From the sequence record SRR22947725_2265: a DNA stretch of 64,000 nt, one strand, 5' to 3'. The position numbers and the translations under genes were made by a program. Positions 12,795 to 22,417 of the stretch are shown one piece after another. The stretch's first letter is position 1; every line of letters begins with the position of its first letter. The notes under the pieces were generated by a model that was not told where the DNA came from, did not search any database, and saw only the letters and a program-made list of their open reading frames with translations.

Positions 12795-12940
12795 TTGACG
12801 AAGCCATGGAAAACCCAGCCGATTCAACAGCCGAGACGCAAACATCTGTTGCGCCTGGTATGGGCTACCCAAATCACAGGGTAGAGACCTCTCCAGAGCC
12901 GATTGGCTGGCAGGGCTTAGATCTTGAGGGCCTGACAGAA

Positions 12941-12954
12941 GTTTCACGTGAAAC
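12941..12954. other. parS: parS site 2
   Basis: Perfect palindrome GTTTCACGTGAAAC just upstream of parA. Confidence 0.95.
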
Positions 12955-12968
12955 ATCGGAGGAACGCA

Positions 12969-13850
12969 GTGCTGACTGATCATCAGAACACTCCCATCCT
13001 CCGGGAGATGACTCAGAACCTGGAGCGCGCAAAGCGAGTTGCACAGATTGAGCTGGAGCCACCCGCGCAAACCAGGGTTATCACCATTTCAAACCAAAAA
13101 GGCGGTGTTGGGAAGACCACTACGGCCGTGAACCTGGCTGCCTCACTGGCCCGCAAGGGTATGCAGGTGTTGGTAATTGACCTAGATCCTCAGGGAAATG
13201 CCTCTACCGCCCTTGGAGTAGAGCACCACAGCGGAGTTCTCAGCAGCTACGAGGTCATGATGGGCGAGGCGACGATGCTAGAGGCCGTCAAACCAAGCAC
13301 AGAGCACCAAAACCTTGTTTGCCTTCCGGCAACAATCGACCTCGCTGGAGCAGAAATTGACCTTGTCGCCAGAGAGGGCCGGGAGCGGATTCTGGCTAAT
13401 GCACTGCGGGATTACGCAGCCACTAGAAGCCCAAGACTCGACTACGTCTTCATTGACTCCCCACCAAGCCTTGGGCTGTTGACGGTGAACGCACTTACGG
13501 CCGCCACCGAGGTTTTGGTGCCAATTCAGTGTGAGTACTACGCCCTCGAAGGGGTAACCCAGTTGGTTTCAAACATTGAGCGCATCAAACGGGCGCTAAA
13601 CCCAACCCTTGTTGTCAGCAGCATCCTGCTGACGATGTTTGATAACCGCACCAATCTCAGTTCTGATGTCTCTGCAGAGGTTAGGAAGTATTTCCCAAGT
13701 CAAACTCTGAGCACCGTCATTCCACGCTCTGTGAGGCTTTCAGAGGCTCCGAGCTTCGGCCAAACGGCGATCAGCTACGACGCAAAGAATTCCGGCTCTC
13801 TTGCCTACCAGGAGGCCGCGATCGAACTGGCACAACAAGGAGCCCACTAA
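12969..13850 (+). CDS. parA: Chromosome partitioning ATPase ParA/Soj
   Basis: NQKGGVGKTT, DLDPQGN, QCEYYALEG; GGAGGA RBS at 12958-12963 favours GTG 12969. Confidence 0.96.
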   Translation: MLTDHQNTPILREMTQNLERAKRVAQIELEPPAQTRVITISNQKGGVGKTTTAVNLAASLARKGMQVLVIDLDPQGNASTALGVEHHSGVLSSYEVMMGEATMLEAVKPSTEHQNLVCLPATIDLAGAEIDLVAREGRERILANALRDYAATRSPRLDYVFIDSPPSLGLLTVNALTAATEVLVPIQCEYYALEGVTQLVSNIERIKRALNPTLVVSSILLTMFDNRTNLSSDVSAEVRKYFPSQTLSTVIPRSVRLSEAPSFGQTAISYDAKNSGSLAYQEAAIELAQQGAH

Positions 13851-14755
13851 TGGCAGAGGAAAAACGACGCAGCGGCCTAGGACGAGGCATAGGCTCACTC
13901 ATCCCCTCGGGTGAACGCGAAGCGGTAGACGTCTTCTTTAGCTCTGAAAACGAGGGTTTGACAGCGGTCCCCGGAGCCAAGCTTGCCTACCTTGACCCAA
14001 ATCGAATCACCCCGAACCCACAGCAGCCAAGGGCAAACTTTGAGCCAGAGGCTTTTGCAGAGCTGGTCCACTCAGTTCGTGAGTTTGGAGTGCTGCAGCC
14101 AATCGTTGTTAGGCCCAAGGGCTCAGACTTTGAGCTAATCATGGGAGAGCGGCGCCTCAGGGCCTCCAAGGAGGCGGGACTGGAGGCAGTTCCGGCCGTC
14201 ATCCGCGAGACCGCCGACGAAAACATGCTTCGGGACGCCCTGCTTGAAAACCTGCACAGGGCGAACCTAAACCCTCTGGAAGAGGCAAGCGCCTATAAGC
14301 AGCTCCTCGAGGACTTCGGCACTACGCAGGAGCAGCTGGCAGACAAACTTGGTCGTTCGAGGCCGCAGATTACAAACACGCTCCGCCTTCTCAGGCTGCC
14401 GATGGAGGTGCAGAGCAAGGTGGCATCAGGAGTGCTAACCGCTGGACACGCAAGAGCCCTCCTCGGAGCTCCAAGTGATGAGATCATGAGCGAGCTAGCA
14501 AACCGAGTTGTGCGCGAGGGACTTTCGGTCCGCAGTCTGGAAGAAATCGTTTCTGGGGTGAAGGTAAAGCCAAAGCGACCAGTTATTGTCCCCGGTGGGC
14601 GCACGGACATGCTTTCCGAGCTCGCTGATGAGTTAGCTGACTACTTAAACACTGGCGTGAAGATCAACTTGAGTCGCAAAAAGGGCCAAATCCACATCGA
14701 CTTTGGCTCGGTTGCGGATCTGAGGCGGATTATCGACGAGATCAAGCGCCACTAA
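13850..14755 (+). CDS. parB: Chromosome partitioning protein ParB
   Basis: GLGRG, PNPQQPR, GERRLRA, ENLHR, HTH SRPQITNTLRLL. Confidence 0.97.
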   Translation: MAEEKRRSGLGRGIGSLIPSGEREAVDVFFSSENEGLTAVPGAKLAYLDPNRITPNPQQPRANFEPEAFAELVHSVREFGVLQPIVVRPKGSDFELIMGERRLRASKEAGLEAVPAVIRETADENMLRDALLENLHRANLNPLEEASAYKQLLEDFGTTQEQLADKLGRSRPQITNTLRLLRLPMEVQSKVASGVLTAGHARALLGAPSDEIMSELANRVVREGLSVRSLEEIVSGVKVKPKRPVIVPGGRTDMLSELADELADYLNTGVKINLSRKKGQIHIDFGSVADLRRIIDEIKRH

Positions 14756-15690
14756 CGCAGCGCAACCTCAACCAGGGAGAGATAGGTCTCCGATAGCGAT
14801 TGCCCAGACGCTGTGACGGCCTGCGGTAAAAGCGAAGTCTCTGTCATTCCTGGGGTCACATTCGCCTCTAGGAACCACGGAGTACCCTCCTCGTCCACAA
14901 TCAGATCGATTCTGCTCATGTGACGAAGCCTTAGGGCAGAGTGGGCAGCAATTGCCACTTCCGCAGCGGCCTCTAGCACGGTTGCAGGAAGCCTTGCTGG
15001 CACGAAGTAGTCTGTCTGGCCGGGGGTGTAGCGCTCGTTATAGCCAAAACTGCCGCTCTCAGGCACGATTTCGACCGCTGGAAGTGCTACTGGGCCGCCA
15101 CCCAGGTCAATAACGCTAATTGCAAGCTCTGTTCCCTCAACAAACCTCTCGACCATCACCTCGTCGCCATAGGCGAAGGCCTCGATCATCGCCTTGGAGA
15201 ACTCTTTCGCGTTGTTAACCTGGTTAACTCCCTGCGCCGAGCCGCTTTGGGCGGGCTTGACTATTAGCGGGTAGGAAAGTTCGGTTGCAACCATTGCAAG
15301 CACCGATTCGGCGTTTAACTCCCTGAAAGAAGAGCTCGGCAGCGTTATCGAGGTTGGGGTCTGGACTCCATGACGAGCCATGATGATTTTCGCGGTTGGC
15401 TTGTCCCAGGCGAGCCTTGCTCCGTCAGCCAGGGACCCTACGTAGCGAATCTGTGCCAGGGACAGCAGATCCTGAATGGAACCGTCTTCGCCAACGGCGC
15501 CGTGCAGGGTGGACCAAACGACATCGGGCCTAGAGGCCATCAGGTGGCCGATTAGTTCGCCATCTGGCTCGCGAATTTCCACCTCACAACCCGCATCAGT
15601 CAGCGCATCGGCGACCCGGCGACCCGATTTGAGGGAAACGTCACGCTCGTGAGAGATGCCTCCGGCGAGGATCAGGACCCGATGGCTCAT
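14752..15690 (-). CDS. D-alanine-D-alanine ligase family ATP-grasp protein
   Basis: GGISHERDVS..SG, LHG..GEDG, KP..SGS, EAN.TPGMT.TSLLP. Confidence 0.85.
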   Translation of the reverse strand: MSHRVLILAGGISHERDVSLKSGRRVADALTDAGCEVEIREPDGELIGHLMASRPDVVWSTLHGAVGEDGSIQDLLSLAQIRYVGSLADGARLAWDKPTAKIIMARHGVQTPTSITLPSSSFRELNAESVLAMVATELSYPLIVKPAQSGSAQGVNQVNNAKEFSKAMIEAFAYGDEVMVERFVEGTELAISVIDLGGGPVALPAVEIVPESGSFGYNERYTPGQTDYFVPARLPATVLEAAAEVAIAAHSALRLRHMSRIDLIVDEEGTPWFLEANVTPGMTETSLLPQAVTASGQSLSETYLSLVEVALR

Positions 15691-16946
15691 TTCGAGGAAC
15701 CAAAGGTCTCGAGAAGCTCAATCTGCCTGTCGATCACGTTGGCAAGCCTGTGAATACCCACCTTGACATTCTCCGCGGTTGGATGAGAGAAGCAGATCCT
15801 GATGTTTTCATGGCCCCTGCCGTCTCCGAAGAAGGCAGTTCCTGGTGTGTAGGCAACCAGCTCGGTCACGGCCAACGGAAGCATTTCCTTGCTGTTTAGG
15901 CCCTCCGGCAGTGTTAGCCAGAGGAAAAACCCTCCGGATGGCTCTGTGGTGTGGAGGCTTGGAAGATACTGCCTGACGGCCTCGAGAGCGGCGTCCCTTT
16001 TGGTCCGGTAGAGGTTTCGATAGTCAGCGACCTGTTTTTGCCAGTCACAGGTTGCAAGATACTCGCTCACCAACATCTGCGCAAAGGTCGCGGGAGACAA
16101 AATGGCCGATTCGTTGGCAAGAACCAGCTTTTCCCTGATTGCGGGCGGTGCGAGCACGTAGCCAACCCTGAGTCCTGGAGAGAGGATCTTGGAGAAGCTG
16201 CCAAGGTAGACAACTCCCTCACCGTCAAACGCCCTCAGGGCCTTCGGTGGCTGGTCCTCGAAGTAGAGAAGGCCGTATGGGTTGTCCTCGACAATCAAGA
16301 TTCCGTGGTCCCTGCAGATTTGCAGCACCCTCTGCCGGCGCTCCTCGGAGAGCGTTACCCCACTTGGGTTCGCGAAGTTCGGAACCACATACAAAAGCTT
16401 GATCCTCTTGCCGTCTGCCTTGAGACGTTCAACCGCCTCTTCCAGGGCGTCAGGGCTCAGGCCGTCGTGATCGGTAAAGACGTGTTCGATGTGGGCCTCT
16501 TTGTGGCGGAAAATACCAACTGCCCCGACATAGCTGGGGGATTCGACCAAAACCACGTCACCCTGATCTAGAAACAGGTCAGAAATTAGCTCGAGAGCGT
16601 GTTGGGACCCGGTCGTGATCATTAGGTCCTCGACGCTGCCGTGGACTCCGTCGAGCTCCATGATTTGGCAGATCTGCTCCCTGAGACGCAGATCTCCCTG
16701 CCCGCCGCCGTATTGCAGAGCGTATTGAGGTCTTGATGACATCAAAGAGTCAAAGGCGAAGCGGATGGCGTCATTGTCCATGGCGCTGACATCCGGCATT
16801 CCGCCTGCAAGTGAGACCACCTCTGGCCTTGAAACTACCGAAAAGAGCGCACGAACCTCAGAAACGGCAAGGTTCTCTGCTCTTTTGGCATAGGCATGCT
16901 TCCAAGAGTCAAAGTTCGTTGCCTGTCCAAGGCGTGTTTCAGTCAT
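15687..16946 (-). CDS. PLP-dependent class I/II aminotransferase (2-aminoadipate transaminase-like)
   Basis: SLAGGMP, PNFANPSG, EDNPY, GSFSKILSPGLRVG. Confidence 0.88.
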   Translation of the reverse strand: MTETRLGQATNFDSWKHAYAKRAENLAVSEVRALFSVVSRPEVVSLAGGMPDVSAMDNDAIRFAFDSLMSSRPQYALQYGGGQGDLRLREQICQIMELDGVHGSVEDLMITTGSQHALELISDLFLDQGDVVLVESPSYVGAVGIFRHKEAHIEHVFTDHDGLSPDALEEAVERLKADGKRIKLLYVVPNFANPSGVTLSEERRQRVLQICRDHGILIVEDNPYGLLYFEDQPPKALRAFDGEGVVYLGSFSKILSPGLRVGYVLAPPAIREKLVLANESAILSPATFAQMLVSEYLATCDWQKQVADYRNLYRTKRDAALEAVRQYLPSLHTTEPSGGFFLWLTLPEGLNSKEMLPLAVTELVAYTPGTAFFGDGRGHENIRICFSHPTAENVKVGIHRLANVIDRQIELLETFGSSK

Positions 16947-17006
16947 TGCGCTCCGTTGGGTTTAGCGCAAAGTCTAGCCAGATTGGCATTATCGCTCTAG
17001 GGCGAA

Positions 17007-17327
17007 TTACTTGAGGAACTCAGCCAGCTCTTCTACGAGCGCAGCCTTAGGCCTGGCACCAACCAGCTGTTTCACCATCTTGCCGCCCTGGAAAACACCC
17101 AAAAGAGGTATTCCAGTGACGCCAAACTGCATGGCGAGGTCAGGCTCGTGGTCCACGTTTACCTTCGCGACGGTGATCTTGTCTCGGTATTCCTCGGCAA
17201 GTTCGGCCAGGATTGGCGAAATCATGCGGCATGGGCCACACCACTCCGCCCAGAAGTCAACCACCACCGGCTTGTCAGCCTTTAGGACATCGGCCTCGAA
17301 CTTTTGTGTCGTTGTGTCGATTGGCAT
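17007..17327 (-). CDS. trxA: Thioredoxin
   Basis: WAEWCGPC. Confidence 0.98.
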   Translation of the reverse strand: MPIDTTTQKFEADVLKADKPVVVDFWAEWCGPCRMISPILAELAEEYRDKITVAKVNVDHEPDLAMQFGVTGIPLLGVFQGGKMVKQLVGARPKAALVEELAEFLK

Positions 17328-18257
17328 TTATTCTCCTTGTAGGGAACTTAGGTAGTGCTCGGCATCCAGTGCCGCTACACAACCAGAGCCAGCCGCCGTA
17401 ATCGCCTGTCGGTAGGTCGGATCAATCACATCACCGGAGGCAAATACGCCTGGCAGTGAGGTTTTTGAGGTTCGACCATCAACCTTGATGAAACGATCTG
17501 GAGTTAGCTCTACCTGATTCTCAACCAGATCAACCCTCGGGTCATTTCCAATAGCGATGAACAATCCTTCGAGCGCGAGGTCGGTTTTTTCACCAGTCTG
17601 GGTGCCCTCGAGCACAACTCCCTCTAGCTTCGTGTCACCTTTTAGCTCAGCAACAGCTGAGTTCCAGATGAATTCGATTTTTGGGTTATCGAAGGAGCGC
17701 TGCTGCATGATCTTTGAAGCCTTTAGGCTGTCGCGCCTGTGGATTATGTAAACCTTTGAGGCAAACTTCGTGAGGAAATTAGCCTCCTCCATGGCCGAGT
17801 CACCTCCGCCAACCACGGCGATTACCTTGTCCCTGAAGAAGAAGCCATCACACGTCGCGCACCAGCTCACCCCGTGTCCACTGAGCTCTTTCTCCTTGGG
17901 AAGCCCCAGTTCGCGATAGGCGGCGCCGGTTGAGATGATGACGGACTTGGCCTCGAATGTCTCTCCGGCCCCGGTTTTTACAACCTTGGTGTCGCCCTTT
18001 AGGTCAACCTCGACCACGTCATCAAAGAGAATCTCGGTGCCAAAACGCTCGGCTTGAGCCTGGAAGTTAGCCATTAGGTCGGGTCCCATTAGGCCCTCTG
18101 GGAAACCCGGGTAGTTCTCGACCTCGGTGGTTTTCATCAGCTCACCACCGGGCTCGACGCTGCTCGCAATAAGAAGTGGGTTGAGCTGGGCCCTGGCGGC
18201 GTAGATGGCGGCTGTGTAGCCGGCTGGGCCAGATCCGATGATGATTACTTCGCGCAT
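17328..18257 (-). CDS. trxB: Thioredoxin reductase
   Basis: GSGPAG, CATCDG, GGGDSA.EEA, RQAITAAG. Confidence 0.98.
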   Translation of the reverse strand: MREVIIIGSGPAGYTAAIYAARAQLNPLLIASSVEPGGELMKTTEVENYPGFPEGLMGPDLMANFQAQAERFGTEILFDDVVEVDLKGDTKVVKTGAGETFEAKSVIISTGAAYRELGLPKEKELSGHGVSWCATCDGFFFRDKVIAVVGGGDSAMEEANFLTKFASKVYIIHRRDSLKASKIMQQRSFDNPKIEFIWNSAVAELKGDTKLEGVVLEGTQTGEKTDLALEGLFIAIGNDPRVDLVENQVELTPDRFIKVDGRTSKTSLPGVFASGDVIDPTYRQAITAAGSGCVAALDAEHYLSSLQGE

Positions 18258-18276
18258 TTATTACCTCGAGCGTCCA

Positions 18277-18302
18277 AACATAGATGACTATCTATTTATT
18301 CC
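18277..18302 (-). promoter_or_regulatory. SigH/SigR-type ECF promoter for trxB-trxA
   Basis: Minus strand GGAAT-N18-GTT. Confidence 0.75.
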
Positions 18303-18306
18303 AAGT

Positions 18307-19956
18307 CTACTTCTTGGCCTGACCAAACCTACCCTTTAGTCCGGCAAAGATTTCTCCCAGCTCGGGAGATTTCAACAGTGCAAGTGTTATTAGGTAGACC
18401 AAGGCCATGGGTGTTGCAACCAAAATGCAGCTGAGGACGGCACTTAGCACGGTGTCAACGGCAAAGGAATCGGCTCCAATTCCACCAATTAGCCACAGCG
18501 TGCCGATTCCAGATGCAGTCGCCGGAACCGCGGAAAGCACGAACTTGGCTAGCGAGCGACTCACCCCAAACCCAGAGAGGGTCCCGATGCGCTTTTTGAG
18601 CATTGCGTAGGCAATGATCCCCTGCATGCTGATTGAGAATGCCGTTACGAGCGCGATGGTCACCACCAGAATCTCCTTTGGTGCCAAGAAGCCTGCGGTG
18701 ATAGAGCCGGTGATGTGAATGGCAATCTGGATCGAGGTGAAGATAAAGGGAGTTCTGGTGTCCTCGAGCGCGAAGAACGCGCGCTGCATCATGTAGACAA
18801 AGCTGAAAGGCAAAAGCCCAATCATGAACGCCGCTATGACGTTGCCCAATGCGGCCGTGGAGGGATACTCACCGACAAACACCCTCGCAACGGGGTAGCT
18901 GAGCACGATCAACACCGCACTCGAGATCACGCTCACCAAAGCAATAACCCTGAGACCTGTGGTCAGGTCAACTTTGAACTCCTTCTCGCGACCGGCTTGG
19001 TTGTGCTCTGCCATGCGGGTGAAGTAGGCGGTTGCTATTGAGACCGTGACAACAGAGTGCGGAAGCATAAAGATCAGCCATGCGATCGTAGCGGCTGCGA
19101 CCGAAGCAATGGCCGGCGAAGAGTCTCGCTGGGCTGCGGCAGTAGAGGCCACAGCGGTCTGCACCAACCCTCCAATTTGGGTCACCAGCACCATACCCAG
19201 CGACCAGGAGGCGGCACGAAGAGCGGGCCCAAGGCCAAAGCCGCGCCAGTGGAAGTTCAGATTTAGCTTGAGGCCGATTCTGCGCCAGCTAACAAGCAGA
19301 ATTAGCGCCTGAGCGGCAACGCCGAGCGTTGCGCTACCTGCGAGCAGGGCAATGCGATCCGCTCCCCACTCGCTGACGCTTCTGACCCCGGTTGGGTCCG
19401 CGGCAAAGATCGCGATAAATGCCACAAGACCTGCGAGCGAGACCACGTTGTTCAACACCGGGGCCCACATAAAGGGCCCAAATGCCTTGCGAGAATTTAG
19501 GACCTCACCGAAGACCGAGTAGAGCCCATAGAAAAACAGCTGCGGCAGACACCAGTAGGCAAAGGCAGTAGCCAGAGCTAGCTGGTCATCGCTCCAACCG
19601 CTTGTGTAGAGGCGAATGAGCAGCGGAGCCGCGATGGTGAAAAGCAGCGTGACCGAGAAGAACACGGTGATTGCAAGGGTTACAAAGCGGTCAACATAGC
19701 CCTTCCCACCGTCGAGGCCACCCCTTGCCTTCACGAGCTGAGGCACCAAAACAGCGTTCAAGACACCGCCGACGATGATGGCATAGACGTTGTTTGGAAG
19801 CTGATTGGCGACCCCAAAAGCGTCTGCTGCGTCAGTGGTAACGCCGATCGCTGCGGCAAGCAGGACGGCCCTGGCGAACCCCAGAATGCGCGAAATGATG
19901 GTCCCGCTTGCCATTATGAGCGAGCTGCGGGTAACAGAAGGGTTTAGCTCACTCAC
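18307..19956 (-). CDS. murJ: Lipid II flippase MurJ/MviN
   Basis: SRILGFAR, AN.LPN, PQLFFYG, DTRTPF; start estimated at GTG 19956. Confidence 0.94.
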   Translation of the reverse strand: MSELNPSVTRSSLIMASGTIISRILGFARAVLLAAAIGVTTDAADAFGVANQLPNNVYAIIVGGVLNAVLVPQLVKARGGLDGGKGYVDRFVTLAITVFFSVTLLFTIAAPLLIRLYTSGWSDDQLALATAFAYWCLPQLFFYGLYSVFGEVLNSRKAFGPFMWAPVLNNVVSLAGLVAFIAIFAADPTGVRSVSEWGADRIALLAGSATLGVAAQALILLVSWRRIGLKLNLNFHWRGFGLGPALRAASWSLGMVLVTQIGGLVQTAVASTAAAQRDSSPAIASVAAATIAWLIFMLPHSVVTVSIATAYFTRMAEHNQAGREKEFKVDLTTGLRVIALVSVISSAVLIVLSYPVARVFVGEYPSTAALGNVIAAFMIGLLPFSFVYMMQRAFFALEDTRTPFIFTSIQIAIHITGSITAGFLAPKEILVVTIALVTAFSISMQGIIAYAMLKKRIGTLSGFGVSRSLAKFVLSAVPATASGIGTLWLIGGIGADSFAVDTVLSAVLSCILVATPMALVYLITLALLKSPELGEIFAGLKGRFGQAKK

Positions 19957-20413
19957 TCTGACGTCTCCTGAGCCGCAGGGTGGTTCGGATAATGCCGACA
20001 ATCATCAGTGCGAACATGGCAACTGCGAAACTCACTAAGAGAAATAACTCGACGTCGTAGTTCACGTTGACGGCAATGATGGTGTCTTCAGAGACTTTTT
20101 CGTTGGCCACCTCCAGCCAAACCCTGATCTCCACAGGCCCGTTGGCGATGGCTCTAACCGGAAGCTCCGCGATTTGGCTACTCAGTGCCGGTATTACAAC
20201 CTTGGTCGACTCGAGAATCTCAAGGCGAAACGAGGTGCTTTCCCCGACCACCTGAACCTCAATATCTGCCTCGGTGGTGTTTCTGACGGTGATGGGGATG
20301 TTGGCGTCGCGCGCCACCAGGTTGATATCTGACCCCGGAACAATCTCGACATCGGCGCTCGCCGAAAGTGGCAGCAACAGTAGAGCGAGGATCAGCCCAA
20401 GCACTCGCCTCAT
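19949..20413 (-). CDS. Secreted/anchored protein at the DUF6049 position (short form)
   Basis: Signal-peptide-like N-terminus, beta-rich domain (IPITVRN, PVRAIANG.V), C-terminal TM helix; between NUDIX and murJ. Confidence 0.6.
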   Translation of the reverse strand: MRRVLGLILALLLLPLSASADVEIVPGSDINLVARDANIPITVRNTTEADIEVQVVGESTSFRLEILESTKVVIPALSSQIAELPVRAIANGPVEIRVWLEVANEKVSEDTIIAVNVNYDVELFLLVSFAVAMFALMIVGIIRTTLRLRRRQSE

Positions 20414-20856
20414 CGAAGCATCTCCAGAGCCTGTAGGGCAACCTTTCGCTCGTTCTCGTGAGCCAGAACGCGCTCGAGCTGATCGAGTTGGAACCAGCCG
20501 ACCGCTAGGACCTCACCGGCCGGGTCATTGTCAGAAACCAGCGAGCCCCCAACCTGCCTGAGCAGGTAGTGGTGAACGGTCTTGCGAATTCGCTTCGGAC
20601 CAAGACGGAAGCTGTAGGTGATTTCCCCGATTTTTCGGATTACCTCGGCTTCGATGCCAGTCTCCTCCGCCACCTCTCTCACCGCAGTGGTCTTGAGGTC
20701 TTCACCAGCTTCCTGGTGGCCCTTGGGGATGACCCAGTCTTCGCCACCACCGCGATTTCGATGGCTAATTAGTGCGACTTTGCTTGGGTCTGAGGAGCTA
20801 ATTACCAGACCACCCGCGGAGACCTCGATTTCGGTCCTGGGGCGCGTCTGTGTCAT
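20410..20856 (-). CDS. NUDIX hydrolase
   Basis: SAGG, PKGH.E.GE....A.REV.EETG Nudix box. Confidence 0.93.
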   Translation of the reverse strand: MTQTRPRTEIEVSAGGLVISSSDPSKVALISHRNRGGGEDWVIPKGHQEAGEDLKTTAVREVAEETGIEAEVIRKIGEITYSFRLGPKRIRKTVHHYLLRQVGGSLVSDNDPAGEVLAVGWFQLDQLERVLAHENERKVALQALEMLR

Positions 20857-20906
20857 AAGCCAACTCTACTTGGGCACAGCCCTTGGGCTGTGGCAAGCTA
20901 TGTCCC

Positions 20907-22325
20907 ATGCACGAGGTAGCTACCGCTCTAGCCAACCTCGCCGAGAACACCCAAAACCCCCTGTTTGACACCCTCGGCGAAGCTTTTGCTAAGGCGGGAC
21001 ATGAGCTAGCGCTGGTTGGCGGTCCGGTAAGAGATGCAATCTTGGGCAGGCAGACTCTAGACCTCGACTTCACCACCAGCGCCAGCGCAGAAGAGATTTT
21101 GAAGGTCATCAAGCCACTTGCAACTGCGACCTGGGACGTTGGCAGGGAGTTTGGCACCATTGCCGCTGAGATTTCTGGGCAGCGCGTGGAAATAACCAGC
21201 TATCGCGCCGACTCCTACGACAAGGACTCCCGGAAACCAACCGTCGAGTTTGGCGACAACCTTGAAGACGATTTGGTCAGGCGAGACTTCACCGTCAACG
21301 CCATGGCGCTCAGGCTTCCCGAGCGGACCTTCGTTGACCCTCACGAGGGCCTAAAGGATCTTCGACTCAAGACCCTCAGGACTCCCTCGAAGCCGGAGAT
21401 TTCTTTCTCCGACGACCCACTTCGCATGATGCGAGCTGCGAGATTTGCCAGCCAGCTCGGCTTTGAGCTGGACCCAGAGGCTTTTGACGCAATGCTTGAG
21501 ATGCATGAGCGCATCGAAATCATTTCGCAGGAGCGAATCCGAGACGAACTGAGCAAACTCATGTGCTCCGATGACCCAAAGCCTGGGCTTGAGATTCTCG
21601 TTGACTCGAAAATCGCGAGCATTGTGCTTCCGGAGCTACCGGCACTGAAGCTTGAGAGCGACGAGCACCACCACCACAAGGACGTCTATCAGCACACCTT
21701 GACCGTCGTCGAGCAGGCAATCGGCTACGAGAGCGAGTATGGACTGCAGGGAGATCTTGTGGTGAGGCTGGCAGCTCTCATGCACGATGTCGGCAAGCCT
21801 GCGACCAGGAAGCTGGAGTCCGGAGGAACAGTCACCTTCTACCACCACGACGTCGTTGGAGCGAAACTAACCAAGAAGCGGTTGACCGCGCTCAGGTTCG
21901 ACAATGACACCGTTGCTGCGGTTTCGCGTCTAGTGGAGCTGCATCTTCGATTCTTTGGCTATTCCGACCAGCAGTGGAGCGATTCTGCGGTTCGCAGGTA
22001 TGTTCGGGACGCAGGAGAGCAGCTGGATAGGTTGCACATTCTCACCAGGGCTGACGTTACTACCCGAAATCAGCGCAAGGCTGATCGTCTTGCCCACGCC
22101 TATGACGACCTGGAAAAGCGAATCGCGATCCTGCGGGAGCAAGAAGAGCTGGATGCGATGCGGCCCGACCTCAATGGTGAGCAGATTATGCAGACTCTCG
22201 GCATTCCCCCGGGGCGTGAGGTCGGGGAGGCCTACAACTTCCTGCTTGAAATTCGCCTAGATGAGGGCGAGCTTGGCGAGGAAGAGGCAAAGAAGCGCTT
22301 GCTTGAGTGGTGGCAGGCTCGCTAG
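20907..22325 (+). CDS. CCA tRNA nucleotidyltransferase with HD domain
   Basis: VGGPVRD, DLDF, RRDFTVNAMA, DDPLRMMRA, HD domain; start estimated at ATG 20907. Confidence 0.93.
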   Translation: MHEVATALANLAENTQNPLFDTLGEAFAKAGHELALVGGPVRDAILGRQTLDLDFTTSASAEEILKVIKPLATATWDVGREFGTIAAEISGQRVEITSYRADSYDKDSRKPTVEFGDNLEDDLVRRDFTVNAMALRLPERTFVDPHEGLKDLRLKTLRTPSKPEISFSDDPLRMMRAARFASQLGFELDPEAFDAMLEMHERIEIISQERIRDELSKLMCSDDPKPGLEILVDSKIASIVLPELPALKLESDEHHHHKDVYQHTLTVVEQAIGYESEYGLQGDLVVRLAALMHDVGKPATRKLESGGTVTFYHHDVVGAKLTKKRLTALRFDNDTVAAVSRLVELHLRFFGYSDQQWSDSAVRRYVRDAGEQLDRLHILTRADVTTRNQRKADRLAHAYDDLEKRIAILREQEELDAMRPDLNGEQIMQTLGIPPGREVGEAYNFLLEIRLDEGELGEEEAKKRLLEWWQAR

Positions 22326-22361
22326 GCTAGTGCGGTTGCCCTAGGGCAACAAATGCTAAAT

Positions 22362-22412
22362 ACCCTCCTGTCATGGAAAGACCATGACCGTTCTAGACCG
22401 AAGGAGGTGGGT
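22362..22412 (+). ncRNA. Putative S6:S18 ribosomal protein leader RNA
   Basis: CCTCCT pairs with the SD AGGAGG; inner hairpin GTCATGG-AAAGA-CCATGAC; CCG immediately 5' of the SD; upstream of rpsF. Confidence 0.7.
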
Positions 22413-22417
22413 GAACT

